Positions 18,575 through 29,432 of a DNA stretch of 64,000 nucleotides are shown in pieces (the stretch's first letter is position 1; each line of letters starts with the position of its first letter). The DNA comes from Chthoniobacterales bacterium (GTDB lineage Bacteria > Verrucomicrobiota > Verrucomicrobiia > Chthoniobacterales > Chthoniobacteraceae), in NCBI GenBank assembly GCA_038207335.1, contig JBBQZX010000002.1, positions 160,001 through 224,000 of the forward strand, written 5' to 3'. The position numbers and the translations under genes were made by a program. A model generated the notes under the pieces. That model was given only the letters and a program-made list of their open reading frames with translations. It was not told where the DNA came from and did not search any database.

Positions 18575-21307
18575 CTAGGGGTTGCTTTTAGAAAGGAAGT
18601 CCTGGCCGCGGATACTGCGGAACTGGGGGCTGCGGACGATGCTGTCGATGACAGAGGAGATGCGATCTTCGTGCTGAGGAAGGGCGGCGAGGATGTCGTC
18701 GAGCAGCGGCCGGTCGGTGAGGATGACGGCGCGGCCGAGGGCGAAGCCGAGTAGTTTTTTGGCGAACTGGTGCTCGAAGTCGGCGGGGCGCTGAGTGAGG
18801 AGGTAGGCGCGAAGGCCGGGGAGGCCGTCGAGCGGGGTGCCGTCGAGGAGCTTCGAGTGCGTATCGATGGGAAGGCCCGCGGCGTCGGTGCTGCGGAAGC
18901 GGCCGATGGCGTCGAAGGACTCGAGCGCGAAGCCGAAGGGGTCCATGCGCTGGTGGCAGCGGGCGCACTTCGGGTCGGTGCTGTGGCGCTCGGTGAGTTG
19001 GCGCTCGGTGAGGCCGGCGGGGGCTTCGTCGGGGAGCGTGGGGACGCCTTTCGGCGGGCGCGGGAGGCGGTCGCCGAGGAGGGATTCGGTGAGCCAGTTG
19101 CCGCGCAAGATCGGGCTGGTGCGGGAGGCGCCGCTTTGCTTTGCGAGGGTGGCGGCGAAGGCGAGGATGCCGCCGCGACCCCGCGCGCGCAGGCCATCGA
19201 CCCGGCACCACTCGTCGCCGGCGATACCGGAGATGCCGTAGTAGGCGGCGAGGGCGGCGTTCAGGAAAGTGTGGTCGGCATCGAGGAGGGAAAGGACTGG
19301 GCGGTCGTGCTGGAAGAAGTCGGTGAAGAACTGCACGGGCTCCTCGGCTATGGCGGCGCGAAGGGCTTTAAAGGTGGGGAACTGCTGGTCGCTTTTTTCG
19401 TCGAGCTGGTCGAAGTCGCGGACCTGGAGCCACTGCGCGCCGAACTCGACGGCGAGCCGGCGAATGCGCCGGTCTGCGGTCATGCGGCGCGCCTGCGCAG
19501 CGAGGATGTCGGGTTCGTGGAGTTTCCCTGCCGCGGCAGCGGCGAGCAGCTCAGCGTCCGGCGCGGAGGACCAGAGGAAGTAGCTGAGGCGTGAGGCGAG
19601 TTCGTAGTCGCCGACCGGGGCGGGCTCCACGCCGGGTGACGGGCGCTCCATTTTATAAAGGAATGCCGGCGCAGTGAAGATGCGCGCAAGAGTGAGCCGC
19701 AGCGCTGCGTCGTGCGGGAGGTCTTCGCCACGGAGCTTCTGGTAGAGGCTGCGGAGCGCGGCATTTTCCGAATCGGCGAGAGGCCGGCGCCACGCCGATG
19801 ACGCGAATTTCATGACGGCGTCGAGCTGCGCGGGCTCGGCGTCGGTGAGGAGTTTGCGGAAGTCGGCGGCGCGTTGCTTGATCGGCTCGCGCATCGGCTC
19901 GATGACGGTGGGGTCGCCGTCCTGGGTCATGAATTGCCAGAGCTGGTCGAAGCCGTCCACGAGCTTCAAGGCGTCGCGGCTCACGAAGCGCAACTCGGCC
20001 CAGAGGCAGTCCAGCTCGGCGGCCTGCGCGTCGTCGAGGAGGAGGCGGCGGAGCTGGTCGTCTTCGCGGTAGAAGAGCGTGAGGGTGACGACTTCATCGA
20101 CAGGCACGATTTTCGAGTAGCAGAGCGCGGCGGGGAAAAGCTGGCGGAAGTCCGCGAGGGCGGCGTCGATGCGCTGTCGGTCGTCCCCCGCCCCGTCGGG
20201 CAGCGTGAGCGTCGTATCGCCGAGATGGATTTCGCGGCCGGTGATCGGCGGCGTCGCGGGCTCCTGCCACGCCTTCGCGCCGCCGCGTCTGCCGATCGCG
20301 CCGACGGGGCTGAAATGCCACAGCGGCTTTTGAAATTGCGCGACGAGGGCGGCGAGCGCGGGCGCGTCTTCGGGCTTCGCGTCGCGCCAGCGGGCGCGCA
20401 GGGAATCAAGCAGCAGCGACGGTTCCGGGCTGGTAATGGCGGTCCAAAGCGTGCCGAGATATTTGGCGCTCAACCCCCGCTCGGTCGCGACGGCAGCGAT
20501 ACTTTTCGCACCGCTCGCCAGCGCCGCGCGCTCCGCCAACGTGGCGGCGAAATACTTTTCCAGCGGGAGAATCCCGCCAGCGTTCGTGTCGAATTTGATC
20601 CCCTGCAAATCGACCGCCGTGCCGCTGCCCGTCGTCGTGAACCGCGCGTAAAAAGCGCGAATCGCCGCGAGCTTTTCATCCGTCCAATCCCGCTCAGAAG
20701 TGCCGCGCGAAAACGCGACGCCATCCGGCAGAAGCGCCGCGTGACGCGCAATGTCCTTTGCCGAATCGAGATATTTTGCGAGCAGCGCGGGCGACATCAC
20801 GAGCGCCGCACCCGCATTCGTGAACCCCTCGCCCGCCGCCCCATCGACGGGAAATTCGCGCGCCGGATCGAGCGACTCGACGCCCGTCAGGTCGCGGATC
20901 GTGTGCGTGTATTCGGCATTGGAAAGCCGTCGCAGCACGACCGGCCCCGGATCGCCCGCGTGCTCCCGCGCCATCTCGCCGAGCGCGCCGTGGAGCCAGC
21001 TCGTGAGCTGCACGCGTTGCGCCGGCTCGAGCTGCGGCTTGTCGTGCGGCGGCATTTCGCCGAGCGCGAGCTGCTCCTCCACGCTCAGCCACACCTCGGG
21101 ATCGCCCCGCACCCCATCCGCGGAAACGAACCGTTCGAGATCGAGATCGCCCTTCTGTTTCTCGGTCGAGTGGCACTTGTTGCAGAACTCCGAGACCAAT
21201 GGACGGATGTCCCTTTCAAAATCCGGCTCCGCAAAAACCGAGCGCGCACTCAGCACCGCGAGCAGCAATGCAGGTCGCGTGAAAATGGAAAACGTTGGTG
21301 AAAACAT
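18575..21307 (-). CDS. DUF1592/DUF1588/DUF1585/DUF1587/DUF1595 protein with cytochrome c motifs
   Basis: CNKCH and CARCH; RRLSNAEY, LASRLSYFLWSSAPD, TSPILRG, FDAIGRFR. Confidence 0.88.
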   Translation of the reverse strand: MFSPTFSIFTRPALLLAVLSARSVFAEPDFERDIRPLVSEFCNKCHSTEKQKGDLDLERFVSADGVRGDPEVWLSVEEQLALGEMPPHDKPQLEPAQRVQLTSWLHGALGEMAREHAGDPGPVVLRRLSNAEYTHTIRDLTGVESLDPAREFPVDGAAGEGFTNAGAALVMSPALLAKYLDSAKDIARHAALLPDGVAFSRGTSERDWTDEKLAAIRAFYARFTTTGSGTAVDLQGIKFDTNAGGILPLEKYFAATLAERAALASGAKSIAAVATERGLSAKYLGTLWTAITSPEPSLLLDSLRARWRDAKPEDAPALAALVAQFQKPLWHFSPVGAIGRRGGAKAWQEPATPPITGREIHLGDTTLTLPDGAGDDRQRIDAALADFRQLFPAALCYSKIVPVDEVVTLTLFYREDDQLRRLLLDDAQAAELDCLWAELRFVSRDALKLVDGFDQLWQFMTQDGDPTVIEPMREPIKQRAADFRKLLTDAEPAQLDAVMKFASSAWRRPLADSENAALRSLYQKLRGEDLPHDAALRLTLARIFTAPAFLYKMERPSPGVEPAPVGDYELASRLSYFLWSSAPDAELLAAAAAGKLHEPDILAAQARRMTADRRIRRLAVEFGAQWLQVRDFDQLDEKSDQQFPTFKALRAAIAEEPVQFFTDFFQHDRPVLSLLDADHTFLNAALAAYYGISGIAGDEWCRVDGLRARGRGGILAFAATLAKQSGASRTSPILRGNWLTESLLGDRLPRPPKGVPTLPDEAPAGLTERQLTERHSTDPKCARCHQRMDPFGFALESFDAIGRFRSTDAAGLPIDTHSKLLDGTPLDGLPGLRAYLLTQRPADFEHQFAKKLLGFALGRAVILTDRPLLDDILAALPQHEDRISSVIDSIVRSPQFRSIRGQDFLSKSNP

Positions 21308-21358
21308 TTCTCCCGTCCCATAACCCGCTTGGGAGAAAAACGATAGTCCGGTCAGCGC

Positions 21359-21964
21359 TCAGTCCGCCGCGGGAATGGCAGCGTCGAGATGCGCGTGCAT
21401 GTCGGCAGGCGTGTCGATGTCGATCGCGCCATCGGGAAAATCGATCGTGCAGACTTCGGCACGATGCGCGGCGAGGATCACTTGGGCACCGCGTCCGTCG
21501 GGGAGCGAGAGGAGATGCGGGAAAAAATCGCGTCCGAAAAGCGCGGGCACGCCGACGGTATCGGCGTAAGAACAAGCGCAGATCGGCATTCCCGAGCGGA
21601 CGTGCGCGTCGATCACGTCACGCAGAGTGCCGCTCGTCACGAATGGCTGATCGCAAACCATCACCACGAGCGCGGTGAGATGAGGCGTCCCGGCGAGAGC
21701 ATGAGCGACTCCCGCGCGAATCGAACTGCCGATGCCTCGATGCCATTCCAAGTGATGAAACACCCGCACCGGAAGTGCACTGACCTCCTCCTCGATTCGT
21801 CGCTTTTCCTCGCCCGCAACAATCACGACAGGTAAACATCCCGCACCGCACGCCGCGAGCGCTGCGCGCCGCACGAGAGTCTCGCCGCGATGAAGCAGCA
21901 GTTGCTTCGGTGCGCCGAGCCGGCTCGATCCGCCCGCCGCCAGCACCACGGCTCCGATCATCAT
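21359..21964 (-). CDS. mocA: Molybdenum cofactor cytidylyltransferase (MocA-like nucleotidyltransferase)
   Basis: VLAAGGSSRLGAPKQLL, CDQP, DIDTPAD; last gene of xanthine-oxidase-family operon. Confidence 0.8.
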   Translation of the reverse strand: MMIGAVVLAAGGSSRLGAPKQLLLHRGETLVRRAALAACGAGCLPVVIVAGEEKRRIEEEVSALPVRVFHHLEWHRGIGSSIRAGVAHALAGTPHLTALVVMVCDQPFVTSGTLRDVIDAHVRSGMPICACSYADTVGVPALFGRDFFPHLLSLPDGRGAQVILAAHRAEVCTIDFPDGAIDIDTPADMHAHLDAAIPAAD

Positions 21965-22857
21965 GCCAGCGCAAGCGCCACAATCCGTGGCGAGTGAATC
22001 GGAGCTTTCCGATCGCGCAACGACTGCGCGGAAGCTGCCGCAAACACCGCTTGGATTTCCGCGACGATCGCGAGAGCAACCGTTTCCGGAGCGTCCCCGC
22101 CAAGATCGAGCCCGGCTGGTGCGAAAAGATTCGGCACGGCCGCAAAGCCTGTATCCATCAGGTCTCCGAACAGTTGCTCCCGCCGGGCACGCGGACCGAT
22201 GAGGCCAATGTATCGCAGTCCGAGTGGTGCCAAGGCGCGGAGAGCGGCGAAGTCGCGTCCGTAGTTGTGAGTCTTCACGACCGCGGCGGTCCACCAGTCG
22301 TACGATTCATCGAGGTAACTCGCATTTTCGACGCAGAGCACGCGCCAGCCGAGCGCGTCCGCCATTGCTCGCACCGCGTTGCTTTCGGGCCCATCACCGA
22401 TCACGAGCAACTGGGTCGCAGGCTCGACGCGTTGGAGCAAAACCCCCTCCCTCTTGACATCATCGAAGGCGACACGGCTCCCGCATTCTCGTGCAAACGC
22501 TGTGGCAATCAGGCACGGACGCCTTTCCTCGAATGCGCATGACAGCTCCTCGAGAAAATCGGCGCGCGCCCGCTCGACCAAAATCTCAATCACTCCGTTG
22601 CAGCCGAAGCGTTTGCGCGTGTCGAAAGTCAGCGTTTCGGGAGAGCCGGTAAGCAAAACCTCGCGTGCGTGCTCCGCCACCTCCTGCTCGAGGCATCCAC
22701 CGCTTAGCGACCCCACCGTGCGCCCATCACCGGCGATCAGCATCCGCGCACCCGGTCGCCGGTAGCTCGAGCCCCTCGTCTGCACGAGCGTCGCGAGCGC
22801 AAACGCCTCGCCGGGACGACGGCGATACTCTCGAACGATGTCGCCGATTTCCTTCAT
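21961..22857 (-). CDS. xdhC: XdhC/CoxI family molybdoenzyme maturation factor
   Basis: GSSYRRPGARM, GSLSGGCLE, YIGLIGPRAR, PAGLDLGG. Confidence 0.88.
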   Translation of the reverse strand: MKEIGDIVREYRRRPGEAFALATLVQTRGSSYRRPGARMLIAGDGRTVGSLSGGCLEQEVAEHAREVLLTGSPETLTFDTRKRFGCNGVIEILVERARADFLEELSCAFEERRPCLIATAFARECGSRVAFDDVKREGVLLQRVEPATQLLVIGDGPESNAVRAMADALGWRVLCVENASYLDESYDWWTAAVVKTHNYGRDFAALRALAPLGLRYIGLIGPRARREQLFGDLMDTGFAAVPNLFAPAGLDLGGDAPETVALAIVAEIQAVFAAASAQSLRDRKAPIHSPRIVALALA

Positions 22858-25103
22858 CAGATCAGCTTGTCGAGCGTGATCGGCAAATCGCGCACGCGTT
22901 TTCCAGTGGCATGGAAGACCGCGTTCGCAATCGCCGCTGCTGTGCCGGTGATGCCGATCTCGCCCATGCCGCGCGCGCCCATGGGGTTGAATTGGTAATC
23001 GGGCTCGCCGACGAAATGTACGTCGATGTCGATGATGTCGGCGTTCACCGGGAGGTGATATTCGGCGAGGTTCCGGTTCACCGGCAGGCCGGTGGCGGGA
23101 TCGTAAATCGTCTCCTCTTCGATCGCCATCCCGATGCCCATCACAACACCGCCGAGGATTTGGCTGCGCGCGGTTTTCGCGTTGATCACCCGCCCGCAAT
23201 CCATCACCGAAACGATGCGTGTGACCTGCACGCGCGGCAAATCGGGATCGATCATCACCTCGCAGAATTGGGCGCCGAACGATTGGAACGCCACGTCCGG
23301 TTCTTTCGTCGGCGGTTTGAAACCGCCGTTGCCCTCGACGAATTCCCTCCCCGCGCGTTGCAGGAGTTCGGTGAGAGAATCCGATTTGCCCGAGCCATCC
23401 GACGCACCGAGTCGGGCCGGCTCAGCGAGTTCGATCTTGTCAATATCGACACCGTGCAGGGGTGAGCGCGTATCTGCAGTTGCGAGGTTCGCGAGCTGCG
23501 TTTTGAGATCGTCTGCGGCCGCGTAAATGGCGGAGCCGACCGTTGCGGTCGTATTCGAGCCACCGGCGACAGGGCCGAACGGGAGGTCGGAATTGCCGAG
23601 CTCAAACGTCACTTTTTCGAATGCCAAGCCGATCGCCTCCGCGCTAATTTGCGCGAGCACCGTGTAGGCTCCGGTGCCGATATCGTGCGCCGCACATTGC
23701 ACAAGCGCCGTGCCGTTTTTGTGCAAACGGATGCGCACTTCAGCCGCCATTTTGTATCCGGGATACGTCGCCGTCGCCATGCCCCAGCCGACGAGCAGCC
23801 CGTCCTTTTTCATTGAGCGCGGCTCCGGCGTGCGTCGCACCCAGCCGAACTTTTCCGCTCCGAGCTGATACGCCTCTCTCAAATGCTTCGTGCTCCATGG
23901 CACGCCCTTGATCGGATGCTCGTCGGCGTAGTTCGCGAGCCTCAGCGCGATCGGATCCATCTTCAACTCGACCGCCAGCTCATCCATCGCGCACTCCACC
24001 GCGTATGTCCCGGGGCACTCGCCCGGCGCGCGCATGAAGGTCGGCGTCGCCACATTCACGGTAAATACGGTTTCATCCACCGAGATCGCCGGACTGCCGT
24101 AGAGCACGCCTGTCGAGCGTGCCCCGCAGCTTTCCACAAACTCGCCGACGCTCGATTGCAGCGTCTCCGTGCGGTGCCGGATCGCGCGCAATTTCCCCTC
24201 ACGCGTCGCTGCCAGCGCGATCGTCTGCGTGGTCGGCGTGCGGTGCCCGATTCCGCTGAACATGTTGTGCCGGGAAATCGCAAATTTCACCGGCGCGCCC
24301 ACTGCTTTCGCCGCCATCGCGGCGAGAAAAACATGCGGCCACACCGCGCCTTTGCATCCAAATGCGCCACCGACGAATGGACTGATGACGCGAACATTTT
24401 CGAGCGGCAAATCAAACGCCTGCGCGAGTTCGTCCTGCACGCCTTTCACATATTGCGTGGCGTCGTGGACAGTCAGACGATCGGGCGCGACCCACTCCGC
24501 GACTGTCGCCGACGGCTCCATCGGATTGTGCGTCTCGGTGGGCGTCTCGTAGATGCGCTCGACGATCACGAGCCCCGCTTCCTCCATTGCTTTCTCCACG
24601 TCCCCTTTTTGCAATTGCACCGGCTCGCCGTTGTTTTCCTTCGGCTTTTTGCCACCGCCGGGCGCTTGTTTTTGGGTCAAAAGCGGTGCGTCTTTCTCAT
24701 ACGAAATCTCGATGAGCGACGCAGCGTAGCGCGCCTGCGCGAGCGTCTCCGCGACGACCAGCGCGACGTACTGCCCGCCGTAGTAAATCCGGTCGTCGCT
24801 CAACGGCAGACGGGACTCGTTCAAAATCCCGCCGCCGCTGTTCTTACGCGCCTTGGGCTGATCGAGCTTCGGCCTGCTCTGGTGCGTGAGTACTGCACGC
24901 ACGCCGGGCGCATTTTCCGCACGGCCTGCGTCGAGTTTTCGAATGCGCCCATTCGCGATGCTGCTCGTCAGCGCGAAGGCTTGCAGCACGCCGACCGGGT
25001 TGAATTCCGCCGCGTATTTTGCTGCGCCGGTAACCTTGAGCCGGCCATCGACGCGGTTCAACGGCTTGCCGAGGATGCGGGGGGAAAGTGCTGGCGTACT
25101 CAT
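22857..25103 (-). CDS. paoC: Aldehyde oxidoreductase molybdopterin-binding subunit (PaoC/YagR-like)
   Basis: [47 protein letters not shown]. Confidence 0.88.
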   Translation of the reverse strand: MSTPALSPRILGKPLNRVDGRLKVTGAAKYAAEFNPVGVLQAFALTSSIANGRIRKLDAGRAENAPGVRAVLTHQSRPKLDQPKARKNSGGGILNESRLPLSDDRIYYGGQYVALVVAETLAQARYAASLIEISYEKDAPLLTQKQAPGGGKKPKENNGEPVQLQKGDVEKAMEEAGLVIVERIYETPTETHNPMEPSATVAEWVAPDRLTVHDATQYVKGVQDELAQAFDLPLENVRVISPFVGGAFGCKGAVWPHVFLAAMAAKAVGAPVKFAISRHNMFSGIGHRTPTTQTIALAATREGKLRAIRHRTETLQSSVGEFVESCGARSTGVLYGSPAISVDETVFTVNVATPTFMRAPGECPGTYAVECAMDELAVELKMDPIALRLANYADEHPIKGVPWSTKHLREAYQLGAEKFGWVRRTPEPRSMKKDGLLVGWGMATATYPGYKMAAEVRIRLHKNGTALVQCAAHDIGTGAYTVLAQISAEAIGLAFEKVTFELGNSDLPFGPVAGGSNTTATVGSAIYAAADDLKTQLANLATADTRSPLHGVDIDKIELAEPARLGASDGSGKSDSLTELLQRAGREFVEGNGGFKPPTKEPDVAFQSFGAQFCEVMIDPDLPRVQVTRIVSVMDCGRVINAKTARSQILGGVVMGIGMAIEEETIYDPATGLPVNRNLAEYHLPVNADIIDIDVHFVGEPDYQFNPMGARGMGEIGITGTAAAIANAVFHATGKRVRDLPITLDKLI

Positions 25104-26095
25104 GCTTTCGCGGCGGTTTCGGTGAGCGCTCGGACGATCGTGCGGCGCGCGAGTTCGATTTTGAAAGTGTTGTGCGCGTAGCCTTTCGCGCCCGCCAGCG
25201 CGGCGGTCGCAGCGGCCTTGAATGCCTCCTCGCCCGCGCTTTTTCCCGCAAGCATTTCCTCCGCTTCCATCGCGCGCCACGGCTTGTGCGCCACGCCGCC
25301 CAGCGCGATTCGCGCGGTCTTGATTTTGCCGCCGGGCTCCAGGTCGAGCGCTGCCGCAACGCTCACCAGCGCGAACGCGTAGCTCGCTCGATCGCGCACT
25401 TTCAAATAGTGTGACCGCGCCGCGAACGGATGCGAGGGCAGGTCCACGGCGGTGATGAGTTCATCCGCCGAGAGGGTCGTCTCGATCTCCGGCGTCTCAC
25501 CCGGGAGCCGGTGAAAATCGGCCATCGCGATCTCGCGCTCGCCGCGCGGTCCGCGCACGCGCACCACGGCTTCGAGCGCCGCGAGCGCCACGCACATGTC
25601 GCTCGGATGCGTGGCGATGCACTGCTCGCTCTGGCCGAGGATCGCGTGGATGCGGTTGAAGCCGTGCAGAGCGCCGCAGCCGCTGCCGGGCACGCGCTTG
25701 TTGCACGCGGGAAAAGCGGGGTCGTAGAAATAGTAGCAGCGCGTGCGCTGGAGCAGATTGCCGCCGGTCGTCGCGCGGTTGCGGAGTTGCGGGCTCGCGC
25801 CCGCGAGCAGCGCTTCACTGAGCACGGGGAAAGACTTCACGATGAGCGCGTGCTCGGCCACGTCGGAGTTGCGCGCGAGTCCGCCGATGCGCACGCCTTT
25901 TCCCTCCGGCAGCTCCTCGATCGCGGCGAGCGGGAGGCGGTTGATGTCGATGATTTTACCAGGGGTCTCGACGCCCATTTTCATGAGGTCGAGCAGGTTC
26001 GTCCCGCCGCCGAGCAGTTTACCATTCGGCTTCGAAGCGAGTTCCGCTACTGCCGCCGGTGCATCGTCGGCGCGTGAATAGGCGAAAGGATTCAT
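25100..26095 (-). CDS. paoB: Aldehyde oxidoreductase FAD-binding subunit (PaoB/YagS-like)
   Basis: [54 protein letters not shown]. Confidence 0.9.
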   Translation of the reverse strand: MNPFAYSRADDAPAAVAELASKPNGKLLGGGTNLLDLMKMGVETPGKIIDINRLPLAAIEELPEGKGVRIGGLARNSDVAEHALIVKSFPVLSEALLAGASPQLRNRATTGGNLLQRTRCYYFYDPAFPACNKRVPGSGCGALHGFNRIHAILGQSEQCIATHPSDMCVALAALEAVVRVRGPRGEREIAMADFHRLPGETPEIETTLSADELITAVDLPSHPFAARSHYLKVRDRASYAFALVSVAAALDLEPGGKIKTARIALGGVAHKPWRAMEAEEMLAGKSAGEEAFKAAATAALAGAKGYAHNTFKIELARRTIVRALTETAAKA

Positions 26096-26748
26096 GCTAG
26101 GGGAACGGTCTTGGCTTTTGCGTCGCGGATCGCCGCGAGGATGTTCGAATAGGCGCCGCAGCGGCAGATGTTACCGCTCATCCACTCGCGGATTTGCGTG
26201 TCGTCGGTCGCGTGCCCTTCCTTCAAGAGAGCGACCGCCGAGCAGATTTGGCCTGGCGTGCAGTACCCGCATTGGAAGCCGTCGTGCTCGATGAAAGCCG
26301 TCTGGACCGGGTGGAGTTCATCCCCTTTCGCCAACCCCTCGATTGTCGTGATTTCCTCACCATCGTGAGTCACCACGAGACTCAGGCAAGAGTTGATCCG
26401 CCGTCCATCGACCAGCACCGTGCAGGCCCCGCACTGGCCGTGATCGCACCCTTTTTTCGTGCCGGTCAGCGCGAGATGTTCCCGCAGTGCATCTAGCAAC
26501 GTCGTCCGCGGATCGAGCCGCAACTTGGTTTCCCGGCCATTGATGACGAGCCGCACATCGACCAGCATTCCATTTTCTTGCGCTGTGGACTCCGATCCCG
26601 ACGCCGCGAAAAGATGCGGACCAATGGCAACCGCTGCGCCTGTCCCGGCGACCTGCTTTAGGAATTTCCGACGCGTGGCGGGATCACCGAAAGTGAGCTG
26701 TTCGTCGAGCTCGCTTTCATCGGGAAGAGGTCGGGAGTCGTCGTGCAT
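26092..26748 (-). CDS. paoA: Aldehyde oxidoreductase 2Fe-2S subunit with Tat signal (PaoA/YagT-like)
   Basis: TRRKFLK twin-arginine motif; [27 protein letters not shown]. Confidence 0.9.
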   Translation of the reverse strand: MHDDSRPLPDESELDEQLTFGDPATRRKFLKQVAGTGAAVAIGPHLFAASGSESTAQENGMLVDVRLVINGRETKLRLDPRTTLLDALREHLALTGTKKGCDHGQCGACTVLVDGRRINSCLSLVVTHDGEEITTIEGLAKGDELHPVQTAFIEHDGFQCGYCTPGQICSAVALLKEGHATDDTQIREWMSGNICRCGAYSNILAAIRDAKAKTVPLA

Positions 26749-26927
26749 CTCGTTGGATTGGACGAACAAAAATCGCGACCGCGATGCTCGGCGGACGGGT
26801 GAAATTTTTTGCGAGCGACCATCAGGGGCTTCCGAATACCGTGCGTCACTAGAAATTCACGCGTCCGTCTGCGCTCCTCCACCGACCCACCACATCGTCG
26901 AATTCGGAAGTCACCATCCGATCGGCC

Positions 26928-27212
26928 ATGACCAAATACCGCAAATTTCAGTGCCCGCGATGCGGCCAGAAGAGGACCTTCCGTCGCCCCGGCATCAATC
27001 ACCTCCACCACTTCGCGCTCACCGCCGTCACGCTTGGTCTGTGGAGCATTTGCTGGGTTTCTGTCGCCATCTACAGGTCCTTCAGCCCGTGGTGCTGCCG
27101 TTATTGCTCGCACGATCGAGCGGGAAATCTGCCGCCCGAAGATCCCACCCGTCCCTCCAATCGCGAAGTCCTCCCCGCTCCCCGTCGTCGCGCTCCGAGG
27201 CCCGTCGCGTAA
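26928..27212 (+). CDS. Small zinc-ribbon membrane-associated protein (LITAF-like architecture)
   Basis: CPRC, hydrophobic segment HFALTAVTLGLWSICWV, then CRYC. Confidence 0.6.
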   Translation: MTKYRKFQCPRCGQKRTFRRPGINHLHHFALTAVTLGLWSICWVSVAIYRSFSPWCCRYCSHDRAGNLPPEDPTRPSNREVLPAPRRRAPRPVA

Positions 27213-27240
27213 CGCGTCGGGTTTTGAAGTCTGTCGCCGC

Positions 27241-27281
27241 AAAAAAAAACGCGCCTCATCGGAGAAATCCGATGAGGCGCG
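27241..27281 (-). terminator. Intrinsic terminator between convergent genes
   Basis: 14-bp perfect stem cgcgcctcatcgga/tccgatgaggcgcg with GAAA loop and A9 on + (U-tract on -). Confidence 0.85.
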
Positions 27282-27297
27282 CTGTTGCTAAAAGGTT

Positions 27298-27756
27298 CTA
27301 CTTCTTGTCCGCCGGCTTCACATCGGACGGTTTTGCGGAGGTCGCATCCGCCTTTTTGTCTTTGGCGCCGATGATGACTTTCGTCGCTTCCCATTTGCCC
27401 TCGCCTTGCTTGATGCGCGTGCCACGGACCACTTCGTCGGCCTTGATGTCCGCGAGAGTCCCGGCACTGCCGTCGGCTTTCTCGATCGTCGTTTTGTCAG
27501 TCACGCTGAAGACGTTTTCTTTCCCGTCTTTGTTCTTCGTGGTGAAGGTTTTTGCAGCCGCATCGACGCTCGCGACTTTGGCTTGGTAAGGTAGCGCTTT
27601 GACTGCCCCGACGGCTTTTTCTTCCGCCGCCGCGGGCTTCGTTGCAGCGGGCGCAGCAGGCGCGTCGGCTTTTTTCTTGTCGGCGGCAAATGCGCCGAAG
27701 GGGGCCGTGATGGCGAGTGCCGCGATCACCGCTGGGAGGATACGTTGTAGTTTCAT
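27298..27756 (-). CDS. Small secreted protein (DUF5666/OB-fold-like)
   Basis: Signal peptide MKLQRILPAVIAALAITAPFGAFA; KVASVD...FSVTDKT...LADIKADEVV...WEATKV pattern. Confidence 0.65.
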   Translation of the reverse strand: MKLQRILPAVIAALAITAPFGAFAADKKKADAPAAPAATKPAAAEEKAVGAVKALPYQAKVASVDAAAKTFTTKNKDGKENVFSVTDKTTIEKADGSAGTLADIKADEVVRGTRIKQGEGKWEATKVIIGAKDKKADATSAKPSDVKPADKK

Positions 27757-27978
27757 GTTTGTGCTTTCCATTTGGAGGTTTGACCGAATTCGATCGGCAA
27801 CCACTGCCGACCTTTCCCCTGCCACTAATGAGACGAGCGCTAACGGTCAAGCCGCCATTCCGAGCCGTGATTTTGATGCCACGGAATTGGCCGTCTGAAA
27901 CTCCCTCGCGCACCGCTCTCGATGGCGGCAGAAAGGACTTGAAAACCAACATTTGAACTCGAATATCCCGCCCCGAAA

Positions 27979-28239
27979 ATGTCCGAACCCGACCTGCGCA
28001 CAGCCATCAAGGAAATGATGGTCGAGAACCTCATGCTGAAAGTGACGAAAGAAGAGATCGCCGACGATCTGCCGCTTTTCGGCCCCGACGGTCTCGGGCT
28101 CGACTCGATCGACGCGCTCGAACTCGTCGTCTCGCTCGAGAAGAAATTCGGCGTCAGTGTGCCGAATTCCGAGGCCGCGAAGTCCGCTCTCGCAACCGTG
28201 AATTCGATCCACGACTACGTGGTAGCGAATCGGAAGTAG
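27979..28239 (+). CDS. Acyl carrier protein
   Basis: GLGLDSIDALEL phosphopantetheine site, acidic 86 aa. Confidence 0.9.
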   Translation: MSEPDLRTAIKEMMVENLMLKVTKEEIADDLPLFGPDGLGLDSIDALELVVSLEKKFGVSVPNSEAAKSALATVNSIHDYVVANRK

Positions 28240-28258
28240 TTCCGACAGCAGCGTATCC

Positions 28259-29332
28259 TCACTCCGTTTCCGATGCGTTGATCGTGTCGATGATGAGCCG
28301 AAAGCGCCCAAAATTCTTCCTGCACGGCGTAAAGACGAGGCGCGGCAGGTCGGCGAGTTCGGGCTCGTTGTGCTCCTCGGGCAGCGCGGCGGATTGACTG
28401 AAAGTTGTGCCCCCAAGCAGGTCGGCGAACTGCTCGTTTAACGTGCCGACAGCAGCATCGGTGAGCTTTTTCTCCAGCCGAAAAACCAGCCGCCGCCCGA
28501 CCCAGCGATACGAACGGAAGACTCGGTAGAACTGCTCGATCTCCGCGACCGCGCCCTCCACGTCGTGCGCAACTTTGAAAAGATGGAAGTCGTCTTTCGA
28601 GACGAGGCCGAGCTTCAAAAGATAGTCGCCGAGGAAGGCGAACCAAGTCTCCCAATACCGCCCTCCCGGCTTGTCCACGAGCACGACGGGCAGGATGCGC
28701 GCCTTGCCGGTCTGCATGAGCGTGAGGACTTCAAAGCCTTCATCCATCGTGCCGAAGCCGCCGGGAAAGAGCGCGACCGCATGCGTCTCTTTCACGAAAT
28801 TCAGCTTCCGCGTGAAGAAGTAGTTGAAGTTGATGAGCTTCTCGTCGCCGTCAATCGTCTCGTTTGCGCGCTGCTCGAATGGAAGTCGGATGTTCAGCCC
28901 GAAGCCGTTCTCCCGCCCCGCGCCGCGCTGCGCCGCGCCCATGATCCCGTCGCCCGCGCCCGTGATCGTCATGTATCCGATCTCGCGCATCCGCCGCGCA
29001 AATTCCTCCGCCTCGATCGCCTCCGGCTCTGTCGGCAAGGTGCGCGCGCTGCCGAAGATCACGACCTTTCTCCTATCCCGATACGGCGCAAAAACGCGCG
29101 ACGCATATCGCAGCTCATTCAGCGAGCGATTGAACAATTTCAGGTCCGCGACGCTGATCTTGTCGCGCGACATTTTCAGCGCGGTCACAATGAGCTGCTC
29201 GATCATTTCGCACGAAGTCTCGCATCCAAAATCCGCAACGAGTTTGCGGATGCGCTGGTCGATCGCGGGATCGCCGCAGGAGCCGCGTTGAGTCGGGAGT
29301 GCGTGGATGCCGCCGCCGGTAAAATCGTGCAA
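28259..29332 (-). CDS. LOG family protein (TIGR00730 Rossmann fold)
   Basis: FGSART, TGAGDGIM, YFFTRK, PGGFGTMDE. Confidence 0.9.
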   Translation of the reverse strand: MHDFTGGGIHALPTQRGSCGDPAIDQRIRKLVADFGCETSCEMIEQLIVTALKMSRDKISVADLKLFNRSLNELRYASRVFAPYRDRRKVVIFGSARTLPTEPEAIEAEEFARRMREIGYMTITGAGDGIMGAAQRGAGRENGFGLNIRLPFEQRANETIDGDEKLINFNYFFTRKLNFVKETHAVALFPGGFGTMDEGFEVLTLMQTGKARILPVVLVDKPGGRYWETWFAFLGDYLLKLGLVSKDDFHLFKVAHDVEGAVAEIEQFYRVFRSYRWVGRRLVFRLEKKLTDAAVGTLNEQFADLLGGTTFSQSAALPEEHNEPELADLPRLVFTPCRKNFGRFRLIIDTINASETE

Positions 29333-29342
29333 GTGTGTTGTG

Positions 29343-29426
29343 AGTTGGGAGTTGAGAGATGAGAGTCGCGGCCCTAAAACCGCGCGCCTTTGCTACCGCT
29401 CCACACTCAACTCTCAACTCCCAACT
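29343..29426. repeat. Heptamer-based inverted repeat element
   Basis: AGTTGGGAGTTGAGAG (29343-29358) and perfect complement CTCTCAACTCCCAACT (29411-29426). Confidence 0.7.
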
Positions 29427-29432
29427 TTCCAA

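Noticed and set aside
21359..26748. pao operon as a novel system
   Set aside because: Matches the well-described PaoABC/XdhC/MocA arrangement
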